A stretch of DNA of 64,000 bases from Carcharhinus longimanus (GCA_030264375.1 JASCQW010000162.1:62718371-62782370), one strand, 5' to 3'. Positions 51,401-64,000 are shown, counted from the stretch's first letter. Notes: a model not told the origin generated them from the sequence alone. Program-made: numbers and translations.

Positions 51401-52068
51401 TCATGTGAATGCACAGTGTAGGAAATAAGATTGAGTTGCAAAATCAGATAAACACAGAAATATAACAGGTGTAGACAAAGAACGGTAAGACTGGGTAATA
51501 AATATTCCTGGATACAAGGTGTTCCAGAAAAATAAGGAAGGGAGGAGGAGTGGTGATATTGATTAAGGAGAACTTTGCAGTGCTGGGCCAGAGGAGACAA
51601 GGACANNNNNNNNNNNNNNNNNNNNNNNNNNNNNNNNNNNNNNNNNNNNNNNNNNNNNNNNNNNNNNNNNNNNNNNNNNNNNNNNNNNNNNNNNNNNNNN
51701 NNNNNAATCTATTTGGCTCGAGCAAAAGAAACAAAAAAACAGATAGATATGATTATATTGCTTGCTATAGGCCAACAACTACTGGGAAAGATGTAGATGA
51801 ACAAAGTTACAAGAAAATTACAAAAAGAAGAACTATGGAATAATTAATCATGGGGAGCTTTAATTGGCTGAATATAGACTAGGATAGTGAGGGACAGAGG
51901 AACAAGAGTTCCTAACGTCTGCAGCATAAACAGAGTTAAGATACATGAAGTGACTGAGTGGCAGTATAAGCTCATGGGATGGAAATGCCTACTCCTTGTC
52001 CAATGTTATTGTTCACAAATCTAATTCACCAGCTAGCGAAAACAGCTAAGCTAAGAAGGGTGTTCTAC

Positions 52069-52230
52069 CTTGTGTCCTACAATTGAGAGATAATCCACAC
52101 CAAGATCCTCCACGTCTATTCGCAATTTGCCGATACCCTGCGCTGCATCTGTGTGCACCAAAATCCTGGGTGTTGCTCCGTTTCTTTGCTGAGAGAGAGC
52201 CTTCACTTGCCGGCAGATCTCTGCAATTGG
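52069..52230 (-). CDS. SCLY: SCLY coding exon 6 (162 nt), carrying the PLP lysine
   Basis: [54 protein letters not shown]. Confidence 0.97.
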
Positions 52231-53383
52231 CTATAATTGAGCAATTATCATTGAAACTTGTTATTGTGTTGTTGATCAGGGTGTAAATACAAAATTATAT
52301 ACAATTTAAATGGAGCAAGATATTTAGACTCTTTCAACAATATCAGGGAAGGGCTGCTGCACCAAATACAAATGCTATTTAACTACTTGAGAATTAGATC
52401 AATTACCAACTCAATTAGGAATAGAGCATGGAAAGTTTAAAGTGTGGCATAAAAGCTATAAGCAGCCGGGAAAACCAGGCAATCTGGATAATGAAGCCCT
52501 GTATCAGTTTGCATTTATATTTCTTATTTGTTGGTTTATCTAGACCTGCTGGTTCAGTGGATGGACTTGAACTTTTTCCCTTTGGCTCAAAATATTAAAG
52601 AAAAATGTATTTGATTTTATACGTGGTTCATAGGACTCCATGAAGCCAAGGAGCTTACTAAAAGTTCAAACACTCCACTTCAAGAGCAACATGACATGTG
52701 ACAAAAAGGACATTTTAACCAGGAGTACAATAATGTAGTGGTTATGCTACTGGAATTGTAATACAGGGAAAGGGAATTCAAATCCCACCGTGGCCATTTG
52801 AAACACTGACTTCATTTTAAAACAAAATCTGAAAATAAAAATAAGCAGTTAAAGTGAAATGAACATAGGAAATTGGANNNNNNNNNNNGCCATTTGGCCC
52901 TTTGAGCCTGCTCTGCCATTCACCTGCACAATCTACATATCTCGATGTCTTTAAATATGTAGAAATCTATTCAGCTCTATCTTGAACGTACTCAATGGCA
53001 GAAGCTCCACAACAGAGTAGAAAATTCCAAAGACTCATCGCTCTCTGAATGAAAACATTCCTCTTTATATTGGTCTTAAATGGATTTTCTTATTCTGAGA
53101 TAGTCAGGCCATGTTTCCTGCATGAATCTGTCAGATCGTTGTGAAACCCAATTGATTCATAGGGTGGGAATCTTGGCATTGTAACCCAGTCAGGCCCACA
53201 TGTGACTTCAGTTCCTGACCAACATGGTTAACTCTGCTAACCAAGCAAGCTACAGTTGTATCAAACCTCTATCAGTAGTCCAAAAATAAAGGCCCACTAC
53301 CACATTTTCAGGAGAACCGTGCATATTAAATGGTGGCCTTGTCAGACACCCACTTCCTGAGAATGAAACAAAGACATAATTAC

Positions 53384-53511
53384 CATGACAACACCTGTCT
53401 CATTGTTAGCGAGCATAACAGAAATAAGACAGGTGGATGGCTTGATAGCAGCCATTAAATCATTTACTTCAACACGGCCGGATGCCTTGGAAACAGGCAA
53501 AAGCGTGGATT
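53384..53511 (-). CDS. SCLY: SCLY coding exon 5 (128 nt)
   Basis: ESTLLPVSKASGRVEVNDLMAAIKPSTCLISVMLANNETGVVM. Confidence 0.97.
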
Positions 53512-54561
53512 CTGAAATGGAGAAAAAATAATGGTCCTTTCACTTAAAGGCAAATTTTTATTATAAAATCATTCCATTTGTAACCAGTTGGAAGATTTTT
53601 CACTACTTTTCAGCAGCTGCTTTTTCCTCCTACTACAAGATGTATTTTCCTCTACAGGCCACAGACTCCAAAGCACGCTTAACAATATGCTCAAAAATTC
53701 TAAACACACCTGCACTCAGTTAAATTTATTTATTGGTGTCACAAGTAGGCTTATATTAACACTGCAATGAGGTTACTGTGAAAATCCCCTAGTCACCATA
53801 CTCCGGCGCTTGTTCCAGGTACATGGAGGGAGAATTTAGCATGACAAATGCACCTAACCAGCACATCTTTTGGACTGTGGGAGGAATCCAGAGCATCACT
53901 TCCACAGACATTTACTCCCTCCAGCATTGATGAGCAGTGGCAGCCGTTTGTACCAACTATGAGATGCACAGCAGGAACTCACCATCGTTCCTTAGGCAAC
54001 ATCTTCCACTCAATATTCCTCTATCATCTAGAAGGAAGGACAGCAGGGACATAGAAGACCAACACCTGGAAGTTCCCCTCCAGTTCACTCACCATCCTGA
54101 CTTGGAAATATCTTGTCATTTTTTTTGTTGTCACTAGGTTGAAGTGCCTGCATCTACACAACAGGGACAGCAGCAATTCAGGCAGCTGCTCACCACCACC
54201 TTTTCAAGGACAGCTACGGATGGGCAATAAATGCTGGCCTAGCCAAAAACACCCACATCCCATAAAATCCATTAAAAAAAGTTCCCCTCGTGGTTGGGAG
54301 TATAGAATGTACTTGGCCTGCCAGAGTTCGTTTGGAGAAAATCTGCTCTGATATTCCAAAAATAAAGAAAATACATTTCAGCTGCTCATCTCAGATGATG
54401 TGCTGTTAATCATAGTCAAGATGCCAACCATGTAAATGCTTTGTGTATTCTTTACACATTGGTAGAACTTTGATTATATATTTACATTTGAAGGTATTGT
54501 ATCATTGGGAGAAAGGCAGAATTTCTCATTTCTAGATGAGAGTACATCAACAAATGCTCAC

Positions 54562-54748
54562 CTGCTTTTCCCTCCTTGACCAGATTGTCTACCACCAGTT
54601 GCACTGAATCATGCTCGACATTTGATATAATGATGTGTGGTAATGGCTTAGCAGTGCAATCAGTCCCCGTATTCCCAGCTTGCTGTGCCAGTTGCTGATA
54701 ATGGTTCCAATAGTACTTGACTGCAGTGTGAAAGACCAAATTGTTCGC
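54562..54748 (-). CDS. SCLY: SCLY coding exon 4 (187 nt)
   Basis: ANNLVFHTAVKYYW...PHIIISNVEHDSVQLVVDNLVKEGKA; VEHDS carries the SCLY-type Asp (NFS1 has EHK); donor GTGAGC. Confidence 0.96.
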
Positions 54749-55198
54749 CTGGAAAACATGGACCCGTAAGTTTAAGTTGAAACTCCCATATTCTGCATAA
54801 ATACCTGCGCATGAGACAGTGACAAACTCCAGGAAATTCTTTGAAGAGGCATAGCACGTAGAAGAAAGGAATCTTTCCTTTTTTTTGAATTCAGTGTCTT
54901 CATTGACCACACTAAGAATGGCTTCCTTCACCGTATTTTAGCCACTCACTTCACTGCAAAAACATCAACATGACATGGGCTTTGATTGACTCTGTCCAAC
55001 CAGATTTTTAAAACTGAAAATACAAACATCCTTTCCCCACTCACGTAACATTCCCAATCCCCACCATCAGGCATAAAAGCCTGATAGTGATATAGAAATT
55101 TATGCAAACACAGATCACTCCTATGGGATTTTCCACTCTTCCTGCTATTCCCTCCCCCCCTGAAAGCAAGAAATCTCTCCCCATCCCCTCCAAACCAT

Positions 55199-56066
55199 GG
55201 GGATGATTCTCCCAGCCCGTTGTGCTGCTATGGCAGCGCATTGTGCCAGGAAACTCAAGTGGAGGCTATGTAGCAGGCATTCTACTGGTCTGCATCTGGC
55301 TGCCAGATTTCCAGTGTCATCAGTTCTGCACATGAAATCAGCACAGAATTGAGTAAATTACGAGGGTTAACATATCATTAATGGGCCTGGGACTGAAATC
55401 TCTGGGCTCATTAGCCTCTTCCCCCACCCCACAAGGAATGTTTCACTTCAGTGGGGTTTACAACAACTCCCCATTAGTAGGGAACAGGTGGCCCAACCCC
55501 CCTGGAGTGAAAAGGGGTGGAGAGACTGTGGCAGTCCCCCAGGTGGTTGGGGTAAGAGGGGTGCCCCCTGGGCATTGCCAGTTTGGCAGTGCAGCTGTTC
55601 CCCTCCAGCCAAGGGACAAAGTGGCAATGCCCAGGGCACCTTAATACTGCCCACTGGGCGGAGCCACTGATACTCTGCACTCAGGCTTCATGACAGAAGG
55701 AGGAAGGCCAGCAATTGGGGCAGGAAATCGATGCTGACCTGGACACGTTGAGTAAGCCAGCAATCACGTGGTAAGGGGTCTCACAGCCAGCGATTGAGAG
55801 GCCAGCAGTGCGGGGCTATTGCACATGCACCGATCTCCATTCCGACAGATCAGCACATGTGCAGTCGCCCACTGAGCGCTTTGCTGCCAGCCTCAACTGG
55901 GAATAGGCCCCACCCCAGGATTTTTAATGAGATTCATGCTAGAGCATCCTATAATGCACAGAATATGGGAGGTTCATTTTGAAAATCCTTCTGAACAAGC
56001 CAGGGCTTTACTCCAGTTTTTAAACTGGATTTTGGCATGTAGAAATTTTTTTGGAAGAATACCACC
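55199..56066 (+). mobile_element. Harbinger-type MITE family A
   Basis: GGGGATGATTCTCC ... GGAAGAATACCACC; shares the GACAGATCAGC...GATTCATGCTAG...TTTACTCCAGTTTTTA block with 17889-18472. Confidence 0.75.
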
Positions 56067-56473
56067 TCAAGTCAGGTACTGCATGGGGAGATACATAATC
56101 TTTTGATTTTGTTTCATTAAAAAAGTCCATGTTTGAAAGTCTTCACACTTTCTCTTGCTCCCCCTCCAGCCTAGGTAGGAGGACTGAAATGAACATCAAC
56201 CCAACTCTAAACGGCAGTTTAAACTGCACAGAAGTGTCTGTAACCTGTCAGTCACTCAGGAGACTCATCTATCAAAGCTGAATGATGCAGGTTTGCAATG
56301 CTGGTCCTTACATTGTATAACAGCCATGGATTTTGTGGTGACAGGGGGCTGAAAGTAGTACAGTGGAGAGTTGCATGGAGTTAGAAGGGTGGATTGCCTC
56401 ACACATGGGTATATACAACAGGCTATCAAAACTGGAACTTAACTTACATTTCTTTAGATAGAAACCTTCTTAC

Positions 56474-56574
56474 CTCAGTTCCACCAGAGGTAAAAATTAT
56501 GTCTTCTGATTGACCTCCAACCATTTGAGCCACTTTCTCTCTTGCCCAATCTATTAGCTCTTTGGCTTTTCTAC
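56474..56574 (-). CDS. SCLY: SCLY coding exon 3 (101 nt)
   Basis: GRKAKELIDWAREKVAQMVGGQSEDIIFTSGGTE; donor GTAAGA. Confidence 0.97.
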
Positions 56575-56708
56575 CTAATCATTAGACACAAAGAAAATGG
56601 AAGGCAACATTTGTCTTCAGTCTCACCGAAACAATTATGTCCAAGTCTTTTCCACTTTTAACATTGGAAGAAGGATTGGGCATTTGATGCAGGGACGAAA
56701 AAAAGTTT

Positions 56709-56943
56709 GAAGTTTATTTATTAGTATCACAAGTCAGCTTACATTAACACTGCAATGAAGTTACTGGGGAAAATTCCCTAGTCGCCACATTCCGGTGCCT
56801 GTTTGGGTACTGAGAATTTAGCATGGCCAATGCACCTAATCAGCACATCTTTCAGACTGTGGGAGGAAACCTACACAGACAGCTGGGAATTGAACTTGGG
56901 TACTTGGTGCTGAGAGACAGCAGTACTAACCACTGGGCCACCC
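56709..56943 (-). mobile_element. V-type SINE variant with an alternative 3' tail (second copy ~53718-53893)
   Basis: HE1-like head and core, but the tail reads TTTATTTATTAGTATCACAAGT...CACTGCAATGAAGTTACTG...TAGTCGCCAC on the + strand. Confidence 0.75.
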
Positions 56944-57432
56944 TAAAAGAAGAGCTTCTTTACAGTTGAAACAGCTCTGAAAAATCACCCTCAGTGCAAG
57001 TAATTCAGGTTTTGACCAAATTGTAAGAAGAGAAGCTAATTCCTGCTACAGCATCTTTCAACACAAATGTCAGGTCATGTGATAATTGCAGAAATGCTCT
57101 CTGCTTTAAGAGTGCATTGAGACTGTGGCTATCAGTTTGAGGCCAGTAGTTGCAGAATGAGTTCCAGACAGACAGTACATGTTGCCTTTATTTAGGAATT
57201 ATGTGCAGCATAGTGGGAACATGCATGGAGACCCTTCCCATTAATCAAAAGAGAGAGGTGGGTTCTCCAGTGGCAATGCAGGCAAGCCATAGAAAATGCC
57301 ACAGACCTCAGTGGGATTGGAAGATCCTGCTGATGGCCAATGGCAAGCTGTCCCTGCTGTAGGGGATTTCTGGAAAATCCTGGCCAATGTCCATGGTAGG
57401 GAGGCAGGAAGGGCAGTTAAGAAGTTACATAC

Positions 57433-57542
57433 CTGGTCTATACGAACTGCTGGGGTTTCCCCAGGCCACTTGTATGGCTTCGGTAACAGTATGGATTACC
57501 TCAGCGTCCACAGGCGTTGTTGCATTGTAATCCATGTAAATA
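57433..57542 (-). CDS. SCLY: SCLY coding exon 2 (110 nt)
   Basis: [36 protein letters not shown]; NifS-like YMDYNATT and GNPSS motifs; AG/GT bounded. Confidence 0.97.
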
Positions 57543-60500
57543 CTGTTTCAAATGGAAGATATTATTTTAACTCCCATTTATTTATTTATTCACTTTTCCT
57601 ATAAAAAAAGACATAGGACCCAACCCTCACTGGGTGGCTAAAGTTAATTACACCCACAATGTGTCACTATGAAGGAAAAATTATAAATTGAGAAAATTTA
57701 GTTGAAGCAAAAGGTTTTGATGGCTTCCTTTTACATCTATAACCTGCATGCAAACATCTTCCATAGCCAGAAAATAAAGGTCTCATCATTCTCAGAATGA
57801 CAAGATATGGATTAATTTATATTAAATCAATTATAATAAAATACACCAGCAGAAAGTGGCACCAACCTAAGGCAATTAGCAAAAGAATAAAAGAGGGGAC
57901 GTTGAGGGAAACGTTTCTATACAATGTGTGGTTAGGATCTGAAATGCACTACTCGAGAACGGAGGCTGATTCAATCATTGCTTTCCAAAGAGAATTGCAT
58001 AATTATCTGAGGAAAAAAGTGCAAGGCTATAGGGAAAAAGGCAGAAGTGTGGGGCTAGCTGCTGCTTTTCCAAGAGCTGGCATGGATATAATGGGCCAAA
58101 TTGTGCTGTAACTATTCTGCAGTTCTATGATTATTCAGTGGCACTTTCATCCTAGCCCAGGCTGCAAAGGTATAGGTTTCCTTCTCCTGATACCTATAAA
58201 TGATCCTTGTGCAAAAAACAGAGAGCCTCAAATCAATTCCCAGTAGGGATATATTCAGAACTGTTTTCCACTGATCTCTAAGCTTTAATTTCACAGTAGA
58301 CAGATCTCAAACATAGGAGACGGAAATTGAGTGTAGCAATGGAGAAAGAGCATCCATTCACGTGTGCACCACCTGAAGCCTGCTGTTGCTACATTCAGAG
58401 CCATTTTATGGACAGTTTTTGTCAGAGGTGGTTTGCCATTTCCTTCCAAAGTCAGCAGACAGGGTGAGGAGACATGTCTCAGCCAGAATGGAAATCAAAC
58501 CCATGCTGTTGGGTTTTCTTTTGCTGAACCACTCACCATCCATCTATCCAACTGAACTAATTAGCCCAAGTGGACATTAGAATGGAAAAATGTACAAGAT
58601 CCTGAGTGTAATTGATAGGTGGTATACTGTGATGGAAGATGTTTCATCTTGTGGGGGAGACAGGATCTAGCCAATACAATTTAAGAATAAGAGCACTTGA
58701 GGTGAAGATGTGGATGAGTTTCTTCCCCAGAAAGCAATGGAAGTTGACTCACTGAACTTATCCAAGACCAAGTTAGATCCTTTTTGATTGAGAAGGGAAT
58801 CAAGGATTGAGAGGCAAATAGGGAAATGGAGTTTAAACCACAACCAGATCAGCTACTATCTTATTGGCGCAAGCTTGAAGGGCCAAATGGCCTAGTCCGG
58901 CTCTCAAGTCTGATATTCCTATAAGATCAAATTCCGATGAAGGAGCTTAGCAAAACCTTTTATTAGATGCGGTCATGCCTGGAGTATATTTTCTAGTTTA
59001 CCTTGGTATTCACTGTTTTAATTCAAATACAGTGCATAAGGAGTTAGAAGTGACTGCAGTTTATATTCATGCCCCTTGTCTGCCTCAATGAGAACTACTG
59101 GTCAGTTCAGTTTCATCTCTCAACAAAATGCTTTAATGAGGAGCTAAAGCAAGCAACTCAAACAGACTCAAGTGTATAATTTATTCAAATATATGTGCAT
59201 AACTAGCCTATCCTCTTACATTTAACTGGCAATTTTCAAATCCACAAACTCTTTGGTAACTGCTCTAATTTCTTGAAATTAAGAATCTAAATGGTGATCA
59301 TGAAACCATTGTCAATTGCCATTAAAAACCTGGGTCACTAACGTCCTTCACGGAAGGAAATTTGTCATCCTTACGGGGGTGGGGGGGTCTTTCGGGTCAA
59401 ACCAAATAAACAAACTCAGATTACATTAGGACAAAGAAAAAGGGGGCGGCTCCCCAAAAGTTGGGGGAAAACGACCCGAGCAGAAACAAAAAGTACAAAG
59501 GAAACTTAAGACACGTCAAATCAAAATGTGATTGTCGGGGTCTATAACACACCTCAGCCCCTGCAGTACTTTTGCCCTATGTAACTCCAGAACCACAGCA
59601 ATATAGTTAACTCTCAAATGCTTTCCCTAAAGGCCTAGCAGGGGTAATGACAGATGGGCAATAAATGCTGGCTTTGCTAACCACGTTCATCTCCCGTAAA
59701 AATAATTTTAAAAAAAATCATTTTTCGACTGTTCAAATTGAAATGGCCAGTAAGGAACTTTGAGAGACTAGGAAGATGGGTCAGCTCCTCAACAGCAAGA
59801 ATTCATATAACACTTACCATAAAGCATCCAAAAGGAACTTAATTGAAGAGTTATCAAATGAAATATGACACCAAGCCACCTATGCAACATTAGGACAGAT
59901 GACCAAGAGCTTAATCAAAGAGGTGGACTTTAAGCAGTATCTTAAAGGAGGAAAGTAAGGAAGAAAGATCAAAAGAATTCCAGAGTTCAGAGCCAATTGA
60001 AGGCATTGCTATCAAAGGTAATAGTGACTGAAACTGGGCGTGTTGCAAAAAAAAGCTCTAGATGGCTCAGTGGAATTATGCCAACAGTAAGGGTTTGATT
60101 CCTGATCCGGCCAGAGGACTTGGGACCTGCCTGAGAATGGAAGGCAATGTTAAACCATTACTAGCAAGAGAAGAGCTTAGGTTGAAGCATCAGCAGACAA
60201 TGAGCCAAAGACCTGCTTCTGTGCAAAGTACACGTGAACGGATGAGTTGGTAAGAACATAAAAAAGTTAATGATAAAATATAGTCCAATCTTAGAGATTG
60301 TGAGCCACTTGCTTTCCTTATTTTGAGTTAGTGCAGAATAACAATTGTAAATATAAATTACAATAAAGGCAAAATACTGCACATACTGGAAATCTAAAAT
60401 AAAAACAAGGAGGGCTGGAAATGGTCAGCAGTTCTGGAAGCAGTAAGACAATAACAGTTAACATTGAGTTGAACATTACCCTTCTTCAGAGCAGAAGCGT

Positions 60501-60639
60501 TGGAAAGAGCTACATTCAACTCGATATTAAATGCTGTTACAATTAAGATGTGAAAAGGGGCTGCCAGTTCACTAACAGCTGCTATCATATTGCACAAAAG
60601 CAAAATTATCTCCAAAGTGTTTCCGAAGCTCATACTTAC

Positions 60640-60701
60640 TTGTCAGATACAGCATCAACAGGGCATCCACTAGTTATTGCAGTACAGCAATTCCTCTCCA
60701 T
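60640..60701 (-). CDS. SCLY: SCLY first coding exon (exon probably 60640..60741 including 5'UTR)
   Basis: Strong Kozak GCCATGG; MERNCCTAITSGCPVDAVSD(N); donor GTAAGT; phase 2 matches the next exon; acceptor TTTTAAAG upstream. Confidence 0.8.
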
Positions 60702-61956
60702 GGCCTGGCACTTTATAGATAGCACAATTCTCAAAACAAAGCTTTAAAATAAGTAAAATATTAAATTCAAGCATCTGAATGAATCACATCTGACTGACAG
60801 AGGGACAGTGTATAAGCCATGAGATTCTAAGAGCTTTGTATCAGAGGCAGTGAAACAACTCTAAGGGGTTATATGAAAAGCAACACCATCGTTAGCACTG
60901 CTGCCTNNNNNNNNNNNNNNNNNNNNNNNNNNNNNNNNNNNNNGTAACCGCAAGGAGTTTGCATTTTCTCCCCGTGTTGATTTTCTCCAGGTGCTCTGGC
61001 TTCCTCCCACAGTCCAAAGATGTGCAGGTTAGGTGAATTGACCATGCTAAATTACACCCTGGTATCCCAAGCTGTGTAGGTTAGGCAAAGACCTCAGTTT
61101 TGAGGGTCTAATTGTATTGCTGCCAGGTTTCAATGTTCAATTTTTACCCAACATTTTAGTAGAGAAACACAACAGCTGCACACAGACAGGGCAGAACAGT
61201 CTCAGGAGACACCATTCTCTCAAATAGTAGAACCATAGGATCCTTACTGTGCAGAAAGAGGGCATCCAGCCCATCAAGTCTGTACCAACTCTGAAAAACA
61301 AACATCCCACCCAGGTACTCCCTTCTGCCTATCCCCATAACCCCATTCATTTACCTTGGCTAATCCACCGAACCTACACATCTCTGGACTGTAGGAGGAA
61401 GCCCACACAGACACAAGGAGAAAGTGCCAACTCCATACGGTCACCCATGGCCAGAATCAAACCCGGGTCTCTGGCACTGAGGCAGCAGTGCCAACCATTA
61501 AGCACAGCATAAAAATATACAATCAAATAAACCAGCTGCCCAGACTATTTATAATTTTTAGTTTTACCTCTGAACTTTTGAAAATTTCATGGTACATGAC
61601 TGAGAACCAGTCAGGTCAGCAATATAACTATCAATGTGAAGTTGACATGGGTATGGCTCAGCTGACTTCACAAGAGGACCTTCTTGGGAAGTCCTGTGAT
61701 AATAGCTGATCAAAAGTGAGCTTCCATTCGCACAACAACAAAACCAATTGCTGAGAACAGCAAAATCTAGCTAGCTGAACCCAGAATGGCAAAGTCCTTG
61801 TGTACAGAGAACCCCCTTGTTTCTAAAGGAGACTGAGTTTATTCTGCGGTGTGTGTGAGAGTTGGGGATGTTGTGAATGATATTCCCATGTACAGTGATA
61901 GAAATCACAGACACATTTACACCACCTGCTGTTCCCCCCTCATTTTACTCACTTAC

Positions 61957-62190
61957 TGTTCACTGATTATGGTTTATTCTCCCCGGACTCCGGCGGTTGA
62001 ATCCTGTGAAGATTTTAGCATCTACTCAGCCTAATATTTCCTCCCCCCGGCCGCTAGCCCCGCCCTCGCCGCTGGGGCACGCACCGGCGCGGCCTTCGCC
62101 CACTTTCCCATTGGAGACTCCCTTCACAGCGCCACCGGCAGCGGAATGGGAGAATTACAGAGAGGCGCCGACTGCGACGGGGGTGGTGGG
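61957..62190 (-). promoter_or_regulatory. SCLY GC/CpG-rich promoter and probable non-coding first exon
   Basis: Local CpG-dense patch; GC box CCCCGCCC ~62058; CCAAT box (ATTGG) ~62110; minus-strand donor GTAAGT at 61956. Confidence 0.65.
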
Positions 62191-62497
62191 GTTGGGTGAT
62201 GAAGAGAACTGGAAGAGGGAAGCATGGAGGAGGATGAAAAAGGGGAGGAAAGGAGGTGGGAGGGGAGAAGAAGGGACGGAGTGAGGGAGAGCAGAGAGAA
62301 CGGGACGGGGACAAAGGGCGAAGTTGGGAGGAAGAAGAAATAAAGGGGGTGAGAGTGCTGTAATGTGTGGGAGCAGGAGAAGGCAATGATTGGATTACTT
62401 CACCTCAGATCTTTTCTTTACAGAAACGCAGAGATGGAGAAAAAACATTTTCTCCTAATTTTTCAGCTTTCAGTATCCCTATTTGAAACCATGGTGT

Positions 62498-62606
62498 GGA
62501 GATGCCGCGTTGGAGTGGGGTAAACGCAGTAAGAAGCCTCACAACATCAGTCCAACAGGTTTATTTGGTTTGCTACTTTAACCTGGTGTTGTGAGACCTC
62601 TTACAA
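62498..62606. mobile_element. Penelope-like palindromic mini-insertion with a 14-bp TSD (related copies 15329-15445 and 45434-45560)
   Basis: TGAAACCATGGTGT at 62484-62497 and 62607-62620; core AAGAAGTCTCACAACACCAGGTTAAAGTCCAACAGGTTTATTTGG shared by three loci. Confidence 0.7.
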
Positions 62607-64000
62607 TGAAACCATGGTGTCAGATCTTGTATCTAATTAAAGTTGTTGTGTTTACCTGCCTGCCATTCCCTAATGTGTTGACACACATCTAAGTGTTGGA
62701 TGTGCTCTCCTCAACATCACTTGTGGAAAGAATCTGCAATTGGATCCAACTGCTTTGCAGAAACAGCTGTGCTGTTTTATTTGACCATTTTAAGTATTTT
62801 ACTTTCTAATGTTCAATATTGACTTGTAGTTCCTATTACAAACCAAGCAAATTTGTCTCAAGATATTCTGATTACAAAAAACATACCTTTAATACCTCTT
62901 TTGTCCACATTTGGACTAAAGGTAGATTCTAAAGATGCATGAGTTTGGATTCTAAAGCTACAAGAGATCAGGAGTCAAAAGTGGCCAAATTGGAACCCAA
63001 ACTGATCATCTGTGAGCAGGTTACTGCTATGTAAGTGACACTTTACAGCACTGCCAACAACACCTTCCATCACCTTTATGATAGGAACAATGAGCAATAA
63101 TTTAATTGGATTGAGTTTGTCTTGCTTTTTGTGTGCAGGGATAGATGGCAGTGTTGTAGTTGTACTGTAGCAACTTGGCTTGATGTAGGGTCCATTCATT
63201 CTTTTGAACAGACGAAGACATAAGAAATAGAAATAGGAGCAGGAGTAGGCCATCTAGCCCTTCGAGCCTGCCCCGCCATTCAATAAGATCGTGGCTGATC
63301 TGTCGNNNNNNNNNNNNNNNNNNNNNNNNNNNNNNNNNNNNNNNNNNNNNNNNNNNNNNNNNNNNNNNNNNNNNNNNNNNNNNNNNNNNNNNNNNNNNNN
63401 NNNNNCCACGCTAACACCCTACCCCCAACTCCATGCCCCCTTACGACACTAGTACAGAGTTGAATTTCTTATACTGAGCAGAAGTTAGAATTAAAACATT
63501 ACAGAAAGTGAAAAACTGGAGAGAGAGAGAGAGATACTGGCTTTTGCCAGTCCTGCACTGATTAAAGCAGCACTCAAAATAGACGCTGGACTGAACTCAT
63601 CCTGAAAACAGACTAACTAATTCTGAACATGCAGTTCCAAAATATATCCATCCTTATCTTGCAGTCTTGGCAGATATTGGTTACGAAAATCTTTGTTTGG
63701 CTTACAAAAAAGCCTGCTTTTGCTGGCATTGTACTTTCAATTCCTAGCTAACCTTTTGAGTTTTAAAAGGTGGTCAAGTTAAAGCTGAGTTAGTCAATTT
63801 TCTAAGCTTAGCCTTTAAATATAATTGCAAAAGCAAAAATATTTTAAAATTAGGGCTTTGCATAAATTAAGCAAACCATTCACATGCTCAATACTTGGTA
63901 TGTAGCTAGTTCTGGAACAAGTCTTCAATACCTTGATTGTGATGTTGTCAAGGCCTGTAGTCTCAGCCTCAGCCCCATTTGACACCTTGCTTATTCAGTA

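Noticed and set aside
56077-56100. U1 snRNA-like snippet (GGGGAGATAC)
   Set aside because: Only 10 nt match exactly, extension needs several indels, and no TSD or tail is present; compatible with chance.
62140-62165. ZNF143/Staf-binding motif in the SCLY promoter
   Set aside because: Only the TGGGA core matches.
63406-64000. 3'UTR of an upstream gene (UBE2F precedes SCLY in human)
   Set aside because: No coding exon or clear poly(A) signal is visible; this would be a synteny guess only.

Overview
This is vertebrate genomic DNA, almost certainly from a shark or other elasmobranch (abundant HE1/V-type tRNA SINEs, CR1 LINEs and Harbinger elements). It comes from a gapped draft assembly. Two convergent, intron-rich genes for class-V PLP enzymes dominate the window. 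AGXT (+, CDS 14097..34128) has 9 of the expected 11 exons, with GT-AG sites and human-like sizes; exons 7-8 are not visible and probably lie in N gaps. SCLY (-, CDS 60701..38820) has all 12 coding exons, encodes 434 aa, and has a GC-rich promoter near 62.0-62.2 kb. The first 12 kb is a nest of decayed Harbinger transposons, and the introns are packed with SINEs, LINE fragments, MITEs and Penelope-like remnants. The most notable observations are: (1) a TSD-flanked, A-tailed 234-bp retroposon headed by U2 snRNA nt 1-34 (SINEU/Keno-like) in AGXT intron 1; (2) AGXT with a 43-aa putative mitochondrial presequence and a non-canonical C-terminal SKH instead of a PTS1; (3) a near-perfect IR-1 nuclear-receptor element plus HNF1-like sites in the AGXT promoter. 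Repeat family names come from recall of consensus sequences rather than a database search, and repeat boundaries are approximate.
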